Assembly: GCA_951406725.2 (NCBI GenBank)
Contig: OX597817.1
Location: 145,080,001-145,144,000, forward strand
DNA length: 64,000 nucleotides
DNA from: Octopus vulgaris
Taxonomy: Eukaryota
Reading direction: 5' to 3'
In this document: one piece after another, positions 24,012 to 36,950 of the stretch
Numbering within the stretch: position 1 is the stretch's first letter
Layout: each line of letters starts with the position of its first letter
The notes under the pieces: generated by a model
Told to the model about the DNA's origin: nothing
The model's input: the letters and a program-made list of their open reading frames with translations, nothing else
Database searches by the model: none
Position numbers and translations under genes: made by a program

Positions 24012-24617
24012 CTCTTCATTTTTCTCATGTTTGTTTTGAATTTTTTTTTACGTTTTTTTATTTCATATTCTTTTGTTTTATTTTTTTCTGGAAAGGTTAT
24101 TCTTTATTCTTTACATATAATAAGCACACATATTATTATTAAAGAAATCATTATCTTCCTCTTCTTTTTCTTCTTCTTATTATCATTATCATTATTATTA
24201 TTGAATACTTTGTAACTAATATCTGCGAAAGCAATGTTTAATATCTAAATAATCAAGCCTTTTTCTTTTCTTCACTCATCCAGTTGCTACCTCCATCACC
24301 ACCAACCCCCACCACACCAGCCCCTAATGCTGCCCTGTTGCTTAAGAAAAGTTTCTTTCACCTTGCGTCTCTGTTCTTCTGTCTGAAAATAAAGGTGGAG
24401 CTTTCTTTAGAATGTTGTGCAAACATCTAGACAGTGCAAGCGTGGCTGCGTGGTAAAGACATTCACTTTGCACCCACATGGTTTTAAGTTCAATCTTGCC
24501 ACACAGCACATTGTGCAATTGCTGTTTCTACAATAGGTTCATAATGAACAAAGCCTTTTGAATGAAGTTTTGTTGGCTGAACTTTTGGGGGAAGTCCATT
24601 TGAAGAATTATTCTTGG

Positions 24618-25024
24618 TGAGTGAGATCGTTGCCAGAGCAACAAGCTGGCCTTCGTGCCAATGGCACGTAAAAAGCACCATTTGAGCGTGATCGTTACCG
24701 CGTCACCTTACTAGCACTTGTGCTGGTGGCACGTGAAACATTCGAGCGAGGTTGTCACCAGTGCCGCTGGACTGGCTCCTTTGCAGATGGCACATAAAAA
24801 GCATCATTTGGGCATGGCCGTTGCCAGTACCACCAAACTGGCCCTCATGCCAGTGGCACGTAAAAGCATCCACTACACTCTCGGAGTGGTTGGCATTAGG
24901 AAGGGAATCCAGCTGTAGAAACCCTGCCAGATCAGATTGGAGTCTGGTTCGCCAGACCTCAGTCAAATCGTTCAACCCATACTAGTATGGAAAGCAGACG
25001 TTAAATGATGACGATGATGATGAT
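24618..25024 (+). mobile_element. RTE LINE 3' UTR following a degenerate SINE A head (24435-24600)
   Basis: Hairpin units and GATGACGATGATGATGAT tail. Confidence 0.85.
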
Positions 25025-25189
25025 AGATTTAATCTATTGGCTGGTTTATACCATGGCCTAGCCCTTGGATCCCTTTAGCAGAGTCCACTCGGTTGCAAAC
25101 ATTCAAGCCAGGTCTTAAATCTGAGGTCACCTTCATCATGTTTGTCGCCAATCTTAGTATAATTACTCAATATTACTTACCCAATAGAA

Positions 25190-25405
25190 CAATGAGCTAG
25201 GAGAATCCTTAACACATTAGGCAAAATGCTTAGAGGTATTTCGTCCATCTTTACATTCTGTGTTCAAATTCTGTTGAGATCAACTTTGCCTTTCATTCTT
25301 TTCCTGGTTGTTGGTAAAATAAGTATCAGTTAGACACTGGAATTGATGTAATTGGCTTACTCCTTCTCCAGAATTGCTGGCCTTGCGTCAAAATATGAAA
25401 CTGAT
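25190..25405 (+). mobile_element. SINE family B-related, degenerate
   Basis: GTTCAAATTC...CAACTTTGCCTTTCATTC. Confidence 0.7.
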
Positions 25406-25812
25406 ATTACTTATCCAATACACATCATATTTTTATTATTTTCTACATTTTCCATATTTTATGCCCATGTATTTAGTGTCCAATGGAATAATAATCAGGG
25501 GAGTTGTTTATCTCCAGTTTAGCTCAAATTAAACAGGCTGATGTTCAAAGCGCATTCAAGCCCTGTCCAGTGCCTCTTTTTCTTAGGCACACCCTAAGAA
25601 AATGGTGACAGGCACTGCCTTTTCTTCTCTTGAAAAAGAAAAGAAATGAGACAGTGCTCTACCTATTGAAAAATGTGAGAGTTGGTAACAAGAAGGGCAT
25701 CCAGCCATAGAAAATTTACCTCAGTAAATTCCATCTGACACATGCTTGACCTTTGAAAAGTGAATGTGTGAAAACGATGATGATAATTTGGGTCGTCTCT
25801 CAGCTGATTAGA

Positions 25813-26217
25813 TACTCTTTTACTCTTTTATTTGTTTCAGTCATTTGACTGTGGTCATGTTGGAGCACTGCCTTAAGTCGAGCAAATCAACCCAGGACTT
25901 ATTCTTTATAAGCCTAGTACTTATTCTATCGGGCTCTTTTGCCAAACTGCTAAGTTACGGGGATGTAAACACACCAGCATCGGTTGTCAAGTGATGTTGG
26001 TGGGGGGTGGGGAAGGACAGACACACAAGCACATGCACACACACACACTTATATATATATACATATATACTTCTTTCAGTTTCCGTCTACCAAATCCACT
26101 CACAAGGCTTTGGTCAGCCCAAGGCTATAGTAGAAGACACTTGCCCAAGATGCCACACAGTGGGACTGAACCCGGAACCATGTGGTTGGTAAGCAAGCTA
26201 CTTACCACACAACCACT
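25813..26217 (-). mobile_element. SINE family A
   Basis: Full-length match. Confidence 0.9.
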
Positions 26218-26903
26218 ACTGTATACTATGTTGTTGTTGTCTTTTAGTCCCAAGTCAGTCTTGATTTAATCAAAGGCTTTCCAGCCATGACCATCTTTCA
26301 TTCTGTATATTTAGGATACTGTCCACTGCATCTTTTCTTTCTTTTTTTCTTAACAAAAGAGTTTGATTTGAGGTTATTTAGCTGCTTTTTCTTGCAGATT
26401 TCTTTTTAGTTTGCTTCTCACTGAGATAAAATTTTCCTTTCATCTTATCCAGGGTTGATGTAATAAGCACTAGTTAAGAACTGGTGGGGTCTCTTTCAAT
26501 TGACTCTACCCTCCGTTAGAATTCAAGGCCTCATGTTTCTAAGTTAGAAATCAATTATTTTATATCTCAAACAGGCTGAAGTCACTTCTTTCTCATAAAA
26601 CAAAGAGAGGAAAAACCATAATAAAGTATATAATGTGAATACCTTATATTAGATTTCTCATCACTGTTTGTATGCACACACACACACACACACACACATC
26701 TAGTCTTGTCCACATATGTAGTGTGTGTTCTCTCTATATTCCTCGCCCATTCATCTCACACACACACACACACACATATACACGCCTATCTCCACACATG
26801 TACACACAGACAGAGAAAGAGTTCTCTCTGAACATGCAATTCTGCCACAATATATACACACTTCCTTTATAGCAACCTATCACTTTTCCAGACACAGATG
26901 TGT

Positions 26904-26951
<48 letters not shown>

Positions 26952-27279
26952 ATGTCACTGTCCCTCTACCACTAATAACCATCCAGACAGATGAGCTACC
27001 AAATGAGCCTCGATACCTAAACCCTTTTACCAAAGATCCTTAAAACATCATATTTATTTAACCTTATTCTGGCATGGGTCAGCCACACAGTCTCATTTCC
27101 TTAACCTCACAGCAAGCTCTACAAAAAATATTAACCTTTACCAAGGTCACTCAAAAACTTTTAAATAACCGTTATAATTCCAATATCTGAGATTTAGAGA
27201 CAAAAATATCCTTTTAATGGAAGAAATAGTTGTTGTAATTAAGTCTTGTAATTAAACTTGAGATTGGCTCCTCTTTCTT

Positions 27280-27697
27280 TTATCATTTATCATATACTTG
27301 TTTCAGTCACTGGACTGTGTGGCCATGCTGTGGCACCCCTCAGAGAGTTTTTAGTTGAATAGATTGACCCCAGTTCTTATAGGATTCTGTTTTTTGGTCT
27401 TTTTTAAGTCTGATATTTATTATATTGGTCTCTTTTGTCAAACTCCTAAGTCATTGGGATGCAAATAAACCAACACCAGTTGTCAAGCAGTGTGAAGTGC
27501 ACAAACACACACACACACTCGTATGTGCGTGTTTGTATGATGGACTTTTACTCAGTTTCTTACTCCCAAAGTCACTCAAAGGACATTGGTCAGCCCTGGG
27601 GCTATAGTAGAAGACACTTGACCAGAGTATCACTTGGTAGAACTGAACCCTGAACTACATGGTTGCAAAGTGAACTTCTTACCTGCAGAGTCATGCG
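27280..27697 (-). mobile_element. SINE family A, degenerate
   Basis: CTTGTTTCAGTCA...GCTATAGTAGAAGACACTTG. Confidence 0.75.
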
Positions 27698-27703
27698 GTT
27701 TTG

Positions 27704-28129
27704 AAGGCACCATTCGAGTGTGATCGTTACCGGCATCGCCTTACTGGCACTCGAGCCCTGTGCTAGTAGGGTATTAAGAGCACCATCCAAGCGTGATTGT
27801 TGCCAGAGCGGCTATCTGGCCTCCATGCCAGTGGCACATAAAAGACACTATTCAAGCGTGATCATTACCAGCATCGCCTTACTGGCACCTGTGCCGGTGG
27901 CATGTGTAAAAGATTCAAGCGAGGTCGTTGCCAGTACTGCCTGACTGGCATGTAAAAGCACCCACTACACTCTCGGAGTGGTTGGTGTTAGGAAGGGCAT
28001 CCAGCTGTAGAAACTCTGCCAGATCAAGATTGAAGCTTGGTGCAGCCATCTGGTTCGCCAGCCCTCAGTCATTCGTCCAACCCATGCTAGCATGGAAAGC
28101 AGACGTTAAACGATGATGATGATGATGAT
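27704..28129 (+). mobile_element. RTE LINE 3' UTR
   Basis: Hairpin units and (GAT)n tail. Confidence 0.88.
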
Positions 28130-28710
28130 CCTTTATTATTATTGATGTATTTGAATGAATCTGGACTAAAGCAAGACAGATTATAGATCATTGCTGCCCC
28201 AACTACATTAATACTTCCATCTTGGAATTCCTTAAAAGAAATCCATTCCATAATATCTTAATTGAATGTCTTTTAAATGCTGTAACAATTTTGAGATCTT
28301 ACTGACAAGCACAACATGAAGCAAGTTTATCTATCAAGACATACACATCTACTTGTGCTATGTTATTCAACCCACCCACTCATCTCAGAAGAATATTGTT
28401 TTGTTTAGTGCTACCTATCTAGAATACTAATCAAAATTCTTCCATCAACTCATAACTCTTCCATCTTTTAGGGAGAAATTAAAAACACTTTCTTGTTAAA
28501 GTATATATAGATTCCACCCACCCCTGAAAATTTTCTCTCACACAAGATATTCCATTTAACATTTTAGCCTTTATAAAGTTTAATTATCACTGATAGCATT
28601 CTTGATATTTTTTCATTTCGGAAATGAAAGTGGTCCTTATTCTTTGTGTATTTGTATGATCACTGATCCAGTTTGTACAGTGCTTCAGATTGCATATATA
28701 TATATATTAA

Positions 28711-28939
28711 GCCTTTAGCATTTAAACTGATTAGATCTGGTCCCAGATAGTCTTCCTGTTTTATGTTCAAACTTTCAAGATATCTGGCTTCCCACACTTA
28801 ACCTACAACGTAATTCTAAAACTAAACTATCACATCATCAAAATTTCAAAATCTACGAGGTAATGATGCACGACTAATTCAAAACAATGTGAATAAAAAG
28901 AAGCATTACATTTGAAAGAATAATCAGAATGATAAAGGG
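28711..28939. mobile_element. piggyBac-like MITE family M2
   Basis: TTAA at 28707-28710; ends (G)CCTTTAGCATTT / GAATGATAAAGGG; homologous to 62456-62675 and 32198-32838. Confidence 0.78.
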
Positions 28940-28958
28940 TTATAATATATATACATAC

Positions 28959-28991
<33 letters not shown>

Positions 28992-29033
28992 TGCACATAC
29001 ACACATACATACATGCATACATATATATATATA

Positions 29034-29427
29034 CATAGGAGTGGCTGTGTGGTTAGTAGCTTGCTTACCAACCACATGGTTCTGGGTTGAGTCCCACTGC
29101 ATGGCACCTTGGGCAAGTGTCTTCTACTATAGCCTCAGGCCAACCAAAGCCTTGTGAGTGGATCTGGTTGACAGAAACAGAAAGAAGCCCGTCATATATA
29201 TATATATATGTGTGTGTGTGTTTGTTTGTGTGTCTGTGTTTGTCCCCCCAACATCGCTTGACAACCGATGCTGGTGTGCTTACATCTTCGTAACTTAGTG
29301 GTTTGGCAAAAGAGACCAGTAGAATAAGTACTGGGCTTACAAAGAATAAGTCCTGGGGTCGATTTTCTCGACTAAAGGCGGTGCTCTAGCATGGCTGGAA
29401 TCAAATGGCTGAGACAAGTAAAAGAAT
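29034..29427 (+). mobile_element. SINE family A
   Basis: Full-length match. Confidence 0.9.
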
Positions 29428-29671
29428 ATAGATAGATAGATTATGCCTGTATTAATATATGTATCTTAAGCATAATAATAATAATAAATTCTGTTTTCAA
29501 AATAATAATGACTTCTTTTAGCAATATTTTTCAATCTTTCAATAATAATAATCCTTTCTACTAAAGGCACAAGGCCTGAAATTTGTGGGGAGGGGACTGT
29601 TTCATTACATTGACGCCCAGTGTTTCACTCGTTCTTAATTTATCAACCACGAAAGAATGATAATAAAATGA

Positions 29672-29783
29672 TTTTGTTGGCTGAACCTTTGGGGGAAGTC
29701 CATTTGAAGAATTATTCTTGGTGAGTGAGATCATTGCCAGAGCAACAAGCTGGCCTTCGTGCCGATGGCATGTAAAAAACACC
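29672..29783 (+). repeat. Direct copy of 24568-24679 flanked by AAATGAT repeats
   Basis: About 112 bp with about 5 substitutions; includes the SINE/RTE junction of the source; AAATGAT at 29666-29672 and 29784-29790. Confidence 0.88.
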
Positions 29784-30084
29784 AAATGATAATTAGTTGA
29801 GTGTGAGGGGTAACAGCAGTTAATTTAACCAACTTCACTTTTTGGCTGGTACTTCACTTTATTCATCATGGAAAAATGAAACTTTAAGCTAACCTCAGCA
29901 GGATTTGAACTAGGAATGTAAAGAAACATCACAAAATATCTATCATAAAGCATTTTCTTCAACACTTCACAAATTTTGCTTATCGACCCAATAATAATAA
30001 TAATACAATTGCATTGTGGAAGGTGTTTATGAACCACTTGAGAAACACAAAAAACGTTAGATTCACTTCAACATTTAAATTTAA

Positions 30085-30135
30085 TTTGTCAAAATATTTT
30101 CATCACTTTGAGACCGCAACCTAGTCACTGACAAA
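30085..30135 (-). ncRNA. Minimal type I hammerhead-ribozyme-like motif (variant core), probably decayed
   Basis: Minus strand: TTTGTCA-GTGACTA-G-GTTGC-GGTCTCAAA-GTGAT-GAAA-ATAT-TT-TGACAAA, with a perfect 7-bp helix I and a palindromic ATAT loop III. Confidence 0.5.
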
Positions 30136-30147
30136 ATTCCATGCTGC

Positions 30148-30168
30148 ATAATAATAATGATAATGATG

Positions 30169-30206
<38 letters not shown>
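30148..30206. repeat. (AAT)n microsatellite
   Basis: Direct inspection. Confidence 0.95.
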
Positions 30207-30615
30207 TGTAGTGTGATCAGTAAAACAAGTGTTACCTTAGTCTGCTGGCTGTGGACAGCTGACACTTTCCATATTACCCAGCAATATAAGCTGTGAGTTT
30301 TAATACAATAATATGACATCTAGCCAAGAGATAAGTCCTGGAAGTAAGAAATGTAAATTTGTATATTTTTACCTACCCTGATGCCAACTAAATGGAATGA
30401 AAGTTCATTGACTTTCTTCCTTAAGCTCGCATCCATACAGCTCTTACAGCAAGGTGCAAGGTATACAAACTCATGATAATTTAGTCAAAAAGCAGGTAGC
30501 ATCCACTTCCATTTATTTTGAAAAATGTCTTTTGAAGATTTTTATGTAGAAACATAACTCTGCACAGATGGTTCAGGCAGTAGAGAACAAACTCACCATT
30601 CTTTTCTTTATATTG

Positions 30616-30930
30616 TATATAAAAAGCACCATCCGAACATGGCTGATGCCAGTGCCCCCTGACTGGCTCCCATGCCAGTGGCATGTAAAAAGCACTATCC
30701 GAACATGACTGATGCAAAGCCTTCCTGCCTGACTGGCTCCTGTGCCGGTGGCACATAAAAGGCACCCATTACACTCTCAGAGTGGTTGGCATTAGGAAGG
30801 GAATCCAGCTGTAGAAACTTTCCCAGATCAGATTGGAGCCTGGTGCAGCCTTCTGGCTTTCCAGACTTCAGTCAAACCGTCCAACCCATGCCAGCATAGA
30901 AAACGGATGTTAAACAATGTTGACAATGAT
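30616..30930 (+). mobile_element. RTE LINE 3' UTR
   Basis: Hairpin units and terminal CCAACCCATGCCAGCAT...GTTAAAC. Confidence 0.85.
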
Positions 30931-32197
30931 TTCTGGACACCAGGATTTTGAGTCCAAGTCACACCTGAATTAACTTTACCTTTTAACAGTTCCCCTCCTC
31001 CTCCTCCTCCTCATCCTCATCATCATAAGGTGTCTTCTACTCTCAGCAGTTTAAATATCACGAGTCTTCATTCAGGTCTTTTCTCTGCCATTATTACACA
31101 TTCACCATTTGATAGTTTGGTCTGGTACCTGAAGTTATCGAACCAGTTTGTTGTTGGTCTTCCACTCGAGCATTTGCCACCATTTGTATCTTTCCTTCTA
31201 ATAATAATCTTTGTATATCTTGTGCTACTACCATGTGACCAAAAATCCTTTCACTTTCTTTCTTCCTTTCTTTCCTCCTTTCTTTCTTTCTTTTTGTATA
31301 GTTGAGAATGATGGTCTTCTTGTATTTGCTGGTTGCAACACTCTCTAAGGTTCATAATCAACTTTCTGAGGTTCAAAATAAAATGATGAATATCGGTAAG
31401 GTGATACCGACATGGATTCAACTAAACTCCTCCCCACTTTAAAAGACAAAAAATGGTCTTGTGCCTAACAGATACTTCATTGGTGTCCTCCATTTGTATT
31501 TCACATTCAAGCAAATTAAATACCCCAGAGGGAATATTAGAATTTCTAAGATGGTGAATCCAAGAATTACTGCACAATTTCAAAAGAAATCTTGTATCAG
31601 TTTCTTTAAGAAAGAACCCTCTAAGGAGTTAAAACTTGGGGACAAGAGGGAAAATGGAGATATAAATCATATTTCTTCTATTCTTCTTTGCCCCCCTTTT
31701 GTTCTGACAGATTTTCCATCTGTCCCCCTACTGTTTTGTTATATTCATTATATTTATTTACATAATGACTTACAACTTTGTGTTTAAAACCCAAACTGAA
31801 CGTATGAAAACTGAAACCTAATGTTGTTTTTAATAATATTTTCTATATATAGCAATTAATATACTGTCAGGCAGATGCCTGTGTTGTTGTTGTTGTTTCA
31901 GAAAGTCTCTTGAGAGGAACAGAACTAAATGCAATATTGAAGTCTGACTGCTGTGTCATTGTGCCCCAACCATCTGAATATTCCATTAAACATGGTGAAA
32001 AACCAATGATGGAGTTTCTGTGCAGTCACCTTGAACCACCGAGAGAGCTTCTATATGGTTACTTAAGCCAATGAGAGAATCTTTCTGCAATTACTTCAAG
32101 TCAAGACAGACTCATTACATTGTCACATTGAGTCAAAGAGAGAGCTTGCTTGATGGTTGTTCAGTCTGTTAGAAATAGCAACTAAAATCTTCCTTAA

Positions 32198-32838
32198 AAC
32201 TTCAGTATGTAAACCAGCAATATCTGGCCTGAATATTCTCCATGTTTGTTGTTCAAACTGGCCAGATCTGGCCGCTCACACCAACTCTAAAATCATCATC
32301 ATCATCATCATCGTTTAACGTCCGCTTTCCATGCTAGCATGGGTTGGACGATTTTGACTGAGGGCTGGTGAACCAGATGTATGCACCAGGCTCTAATCTA
32401 ACGCCAACCACTCCGAGAGTGTAGTGGGTGCTTTTTACGTGCCACCGGCATGGGGGCCAGTCAGGCGGTACTGGCAACGACCTCGCTCGAATCTTTTTAC
32501 ACATGCCACCAGCACAGGTGCCAGTAAGGCGATGTTGGTAACAATCACGCTAAAATGGTGCCCTTTTACATGCCACCGGCACGGAAGCCAGTTGACTGCT
32601 CTGGCAATGATCACACTCAGATGGTGCTCTTGGCACCCTACTAGCATGGGCACAAGTGCCAGTAAGGCGATGCTAGTAACGATCACACTCGAATGGGGCC
32701 TTTTATGTACCAATGTCATTCTAAAAACAAACAACCATATTATCAATCTCTTAGAGCTATGAGATAATGCAGGATTAATTCAAGATAATGTGAATAAATA
32801 AATTTTACATTTGACAAAATAATCTGAATGCTAAATGG
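32198..32838. mobile_element. MITE family M2 interrupted by an RTE 3' end (32293-32710, minus strand)
   Basis: M2 left part to about 32292, resumes CAATGTCATTCTAAAA at 32711, ends GAATGCTAAATGG-TTAA. Confidence 0.8.
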
Positions 32839-32965
32839 TTAAATTATACCTAACCATTTTAAAAAGAGAAAGACACATTGGACAATGTAGTCTCTGTTTT
32901 GCAAAAAGATGGGGGCCAGTCAGGTGGTACTGGCAACGTGATGGTCAAGGTTGGAGCACCCTTAA

Positions 32966-33182
32966 CCCTTTCGTTGCTGTATTTCATTTGAGATGCCCTG
33001 TGTTTCTTTCGATTAATTTTAAGCATAATGAAGAATTTAGTAAAATAACTTAGTTATCATTAAGCTAGTGTTAAGAACATAAATTGTGACTAAGGTTTGG
33101 TGGAAGATTTTCATTCAAAACATATAAAAACAAGACATTTGTACTACAGAGCCAGGTTTCAGTCAGGTTGGTATCGAAGAGG
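32966..33182. mobile_element. piggyBac-like MITE family M1, copy 3
   Basis: TTAA at 32962-32965 and 33183-33186. Confidence 0.85.
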
Positions 33183-33574
33183 TTAAATAAAGTTTGCTCA
33201 GTCAGAGCCAATCAGTACTAAACATCAACTATACTTGAATACATAACTAGTTTTAATATTAGCTCTATTCAACATTACAATTAAGCACTAGACTAATTAA
33301 ACACTGTGTGTCTCAATTAGCTAAATACTCAACTCTAAATGAAGACATCAGGTTTCAGTATCTGGATTTTCCTGCATGAAGATACAGGCTTGGTAGTGTG
33401 CTTAAGAATTTTGCTTTGGGTACAATCCCACTGCATGTATTTTCTACTATAGCCTTTGGCCGACCAAAACTTTGGTCAGAAACTGAAAGAAACCTATCGC
33501 GTGTGTTTACCTCTTTGCCTTGACATCACATGATAGTAGTAAACGAGTGTCACTGTCATATATGTGGTGTCATT

Positions 33575-33800
33575 AGCTGGCAGAAATGTTAGCACGCTGG
33601 GCGAAATGCCTAGCGGTATTTTGTCTGCCGTTACGTTCTGAGTTCAAATTCTGCCAAGGTCGACTTTGCCTTTCATCCTTTCGGGGTTGATAAATTAAGT
33701 ACCAGTTATGCACTGGGGTCGATATAATCGACTTAATCCGTTTGTCTGTCCTTGTTTGTCCCCTCTATGTTTAGCCCCTTGTGGGTCTTAAAGAAATAGG
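33575..33800 (+). mobile_element. SINE family B with 11-bp TSD
   Basis: GGTGTCATTAG at 33566-33576 and 33799-33809. Confidence 0.9.
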
Positions 33801-34186
33801 TGTCATTAGTTTCCAATTTCCAGTTGTTCTTGGAAATATGTTTGGTCATGAGGAAATACTGTGCTTGGAAGCAAGTGAGGGTTGATGACAGGAATAGCAT
33901 CCAACCATAGAAAATCTGTCTCAACAGATTCCATCAGACCCAAGCAAACATGAAAAAAGTGGATGTTAAAATGATGATGACAGTCAGTATCTTGTCTTTC
34001 TCCCATATTAATATTAGAGCAGACTGCTCCACTTGGTTATGTCTTCTACTCTAATTGGGAAAGGAATTGTCACTTTTTGTATTTTCTGTTCCACAATATT
34101 GATTTAATTCTCAATACCTGAAATGGATAAGTTCAGTGATTGTTCTGTCAAAATGAAATTCACTTTCATTGGAAAAAGAGAGTAAG

Positions 34187-34520
34187 GCACAGGAGTGGCT
34201 GTGTGGTAAGTAGCTTGCTTACCAACCACATGTTTCCGGGTTCAGTCCCACTGCGTGGTACCTTGGGCAAGTGTCTTCTACTATAGCTTCGGGCCAACCA
34301 AAGCCTTGTGAGTGGATTTGGTAGACGGTGCCAGTGGCACATAAAAGCATCCACTACACTCTTGGAGTGGTTGGCATTAGGAAGGGCATCCAGCTGTAGA
34401 AACTCTACCAGATCAAACTGGAGCCTGGTGCAGCTATCTGGATCGCCAGTCCTCTGTCAAATCGTCCAACCCATGCTAGCATGGAAAGTGGATGTTAAAC
34501 GATGATAATGATAATGATGA
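34187..34520 (+). mobile_element. Chimera: SINE A head (to 34328) fused to an RTE 3' end
   Basis: ...GGATTTGGTAGACGG|TGCCAGTGGCACATAAAAGC...GATGATAATGATAATGATGA; the SINE does not resume. Confidence 0.85.
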
Positions 34521-34989
34521 TTGCCTTCGAACCTGTCTCTCTGTTTTTGAGCTTGCCTTTATCTTTGAGCCATGCCACCAACTTTGAGGCTACTCCTCTC
34601 TGTCTCTAACTTTGAAACAACCTCTCTCTCTCTCTGTCTTTGAGTTTACTTCTCTCTCTACAAGCCTACCTGTCCCTCTTTGAACCCACTTCCCCCTCTT
34701 TCACTCTTCTTCTATGTCATCAGTCCTACCTCTCTGTTTACCTTTGTGTGTATTTAGACATTTTGGTTCAATTTTCCTATCCTACATCAAAAATGAAAAC
34801 CTGCATCAAAATACTCCCCAAACAACAATGGAGATTACTTTTCCAAAGTGTTCCAATTACGGTTTCACATTATTAAAGTTCAATGAACTCTGCTCGTTAT
34901 TTCTATTAATTTTTATTCCTCATTAGATTGTCTTTTAGTTGATAATATTATATCTCAAGTCTCTACCCTTTTGTGATGCCTCACTTCAG

Positions 34990-35132
34990 ATCTTCTCACT
35001 TTCTCTCTCTCTTTATTATTTACTCTCTCATTTTCTGTATCTTTCTCCTTCTTTCTTTGTACTCTTCTCTCACTCTCTCTCTCTGCTCTCTCTCCTTCTC
35101 TTTTTGCACAACACCTTCTCTCTCTCTCCCTC

Positions 35133-35179
<47 letters not shown>

Positions 35180-35425
35180 TGTACTCCCACTCTTTAACAT
35201 GTCCCCCTCTCTTGCACACATATATTCACACTCACTCTCCAACACTCAATCTCTCTCTTTTTCTCTAACACACTCTCACTCTCTTACACACTCCCCCTCC
35301 CTCACTCTCTCTCAAATACACACACTTCAACACTTCCTCTCTCTTTCTCTCTCACATACCCACTCACTCTCTTTCACTTTACCATTCTTTCTATTCCACC
35401 TCCTTCTCTCTCTCTCTCTCTCTAC
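34990..35425. repeat. CT/CA-rich low-complexity tract
   Basis: Direct inspection. Confidence 0.9.
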
Positions 35426-35814
35426 CTAAACCATTTCCTTTGTCAGTTCTGATGTAACCCTAGCAGAACATTCTTTTCTGTTTGTGTCGATAATTTGCCG
35501 AGTGGGGGAGAGGGGTAGATGGGTGGAGTAAAGTCTGTCTGGCAGGAATTCTTGCTTCAATTTCAGGAGGACAGTTCTATAGAGATTACTTAATCTTTAC
35601 TGCATATGCAATTCTACATTTACAGCATGCACATCTCATAACAGACTTTTGGCGGGCAATTTGTTTGTTTGTTTGTTTGTGTTCATTTCCTTTGTTTTGG
35701 GGGTTTTTATTTATTAATTTTCCATAAAGTTGGCTTCAGTTTTAACAGTTTTACTGTTATTTTTTTTCTCTGTGATTTTCCTGTGAAATATTTAACTATG
35801 ATTTCTAGCACATA

Positions 35815-36450
35815 TCTGTCTGTGTGTGGTTGTGTGTCTGTGTGTGTGTGTTTGCATATGCATGTGTGTCTGTATGCATGTTTGTATTTATATGTGTTTG
35901 TATTTATGTGTGTTTGTAGTTGTGTGTCTGTGTGTTTGCATATGCATGTGTGTTTGTATTTATGTGTTTGTAGTTGTATGTGTGTGTGTTTGCATACGCA
36001 TGTGTGTCTGTATGCATGTTTGTATTTATGTGTTTGTGGGTCTACCTATATGTGTATGTGGTTGTGTGTCTCTGTGTGTGAGTTTATGTGTTTTCGCACA
36101 TGCATGCATTTATGTGTTTGTAGTTGTGTGTCTGTATAATGTGGATATGTATGTATGTGTGAGCCTCTTTGTATGTATATGTGTGTATCTGTATGTTTGT
36201 GGTGTTGCATGTATATGATTATGCGTGCATGTGTGTGTGTCTGGCAGTGTACTAGTTGTAGGTGTGAGCCTTTGTGCACATACATGTATGTGTGTGTACG
36301 TATATGTATGTTTGGATGTTTATAGAATATGAGAAGTGTATGATCATACTTGTGTGTGTGTTTGTGTGTGTTCACACATCTTGCAGTGTATCTGTTGTGG
36401 GTGTATCTGTCTGTCTGCTTGTCTCCGTCTGTCTGTGTGTCTGTGCTGTG
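35815..36450. repeat. TG-rich degenerate tandem repeat
   Basis: Recurring TGTGTTTGCATATGCATGTGTG / TTTATGTGTTTGTAGTTGT units. Confidence 0.9.
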
Positions 36451-36717
36451 AAAGTTAGTGTTAATATTGCCGTAGAGAATTGGGGGAAATATTTAGACAA
36501 GTCTGTTTATCAAATAAGATTAGAATTTTCTACATGATTTTCTGTCTTCAGATTCACAACTTTTGCAGATTAGAAACAATCTTATCAACTGTATTGTTAT
36601 TCTTCAGTAGTAGTAGCAGTAGTAGTAATAGTAGTAGTAGTAGTTGTATGGGAGGAGAAAGAAATGTTACAAAACTTCATGCTTATTTATTAATAGGTAT
36701 ATTATTGGTTTCTTGTA

Positions 36718-36950
36718 GCCGGCGAGCTGGCAGAATCGTTAACACGCCGGGCGAAATGCTTAGCGGCATTTCGTCTGCCGCTATGTTCTGAGTTCAAATT
36801 CCGCTGAGGTCGAATTTGCCTTTCATCCTTTCGGGGTCGATTAAATAGGTGCCAGTTACACACTGGGGTCGATGTAATCAACTTAATCCGTTTGTCTGTC
36901 CTTGTTTGTCCTCTCTGTGTTTAGCCCCTTGTGGGTAGTAAAGAAATAGG
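36718..36950 (+). mobile_element. SINE family B with 24-bp TSD
   Basis: AATAGGTATATTATTG(G/C)TTTCTTG at 36692-36715 and 36945-36968. Confidence 0.9.
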
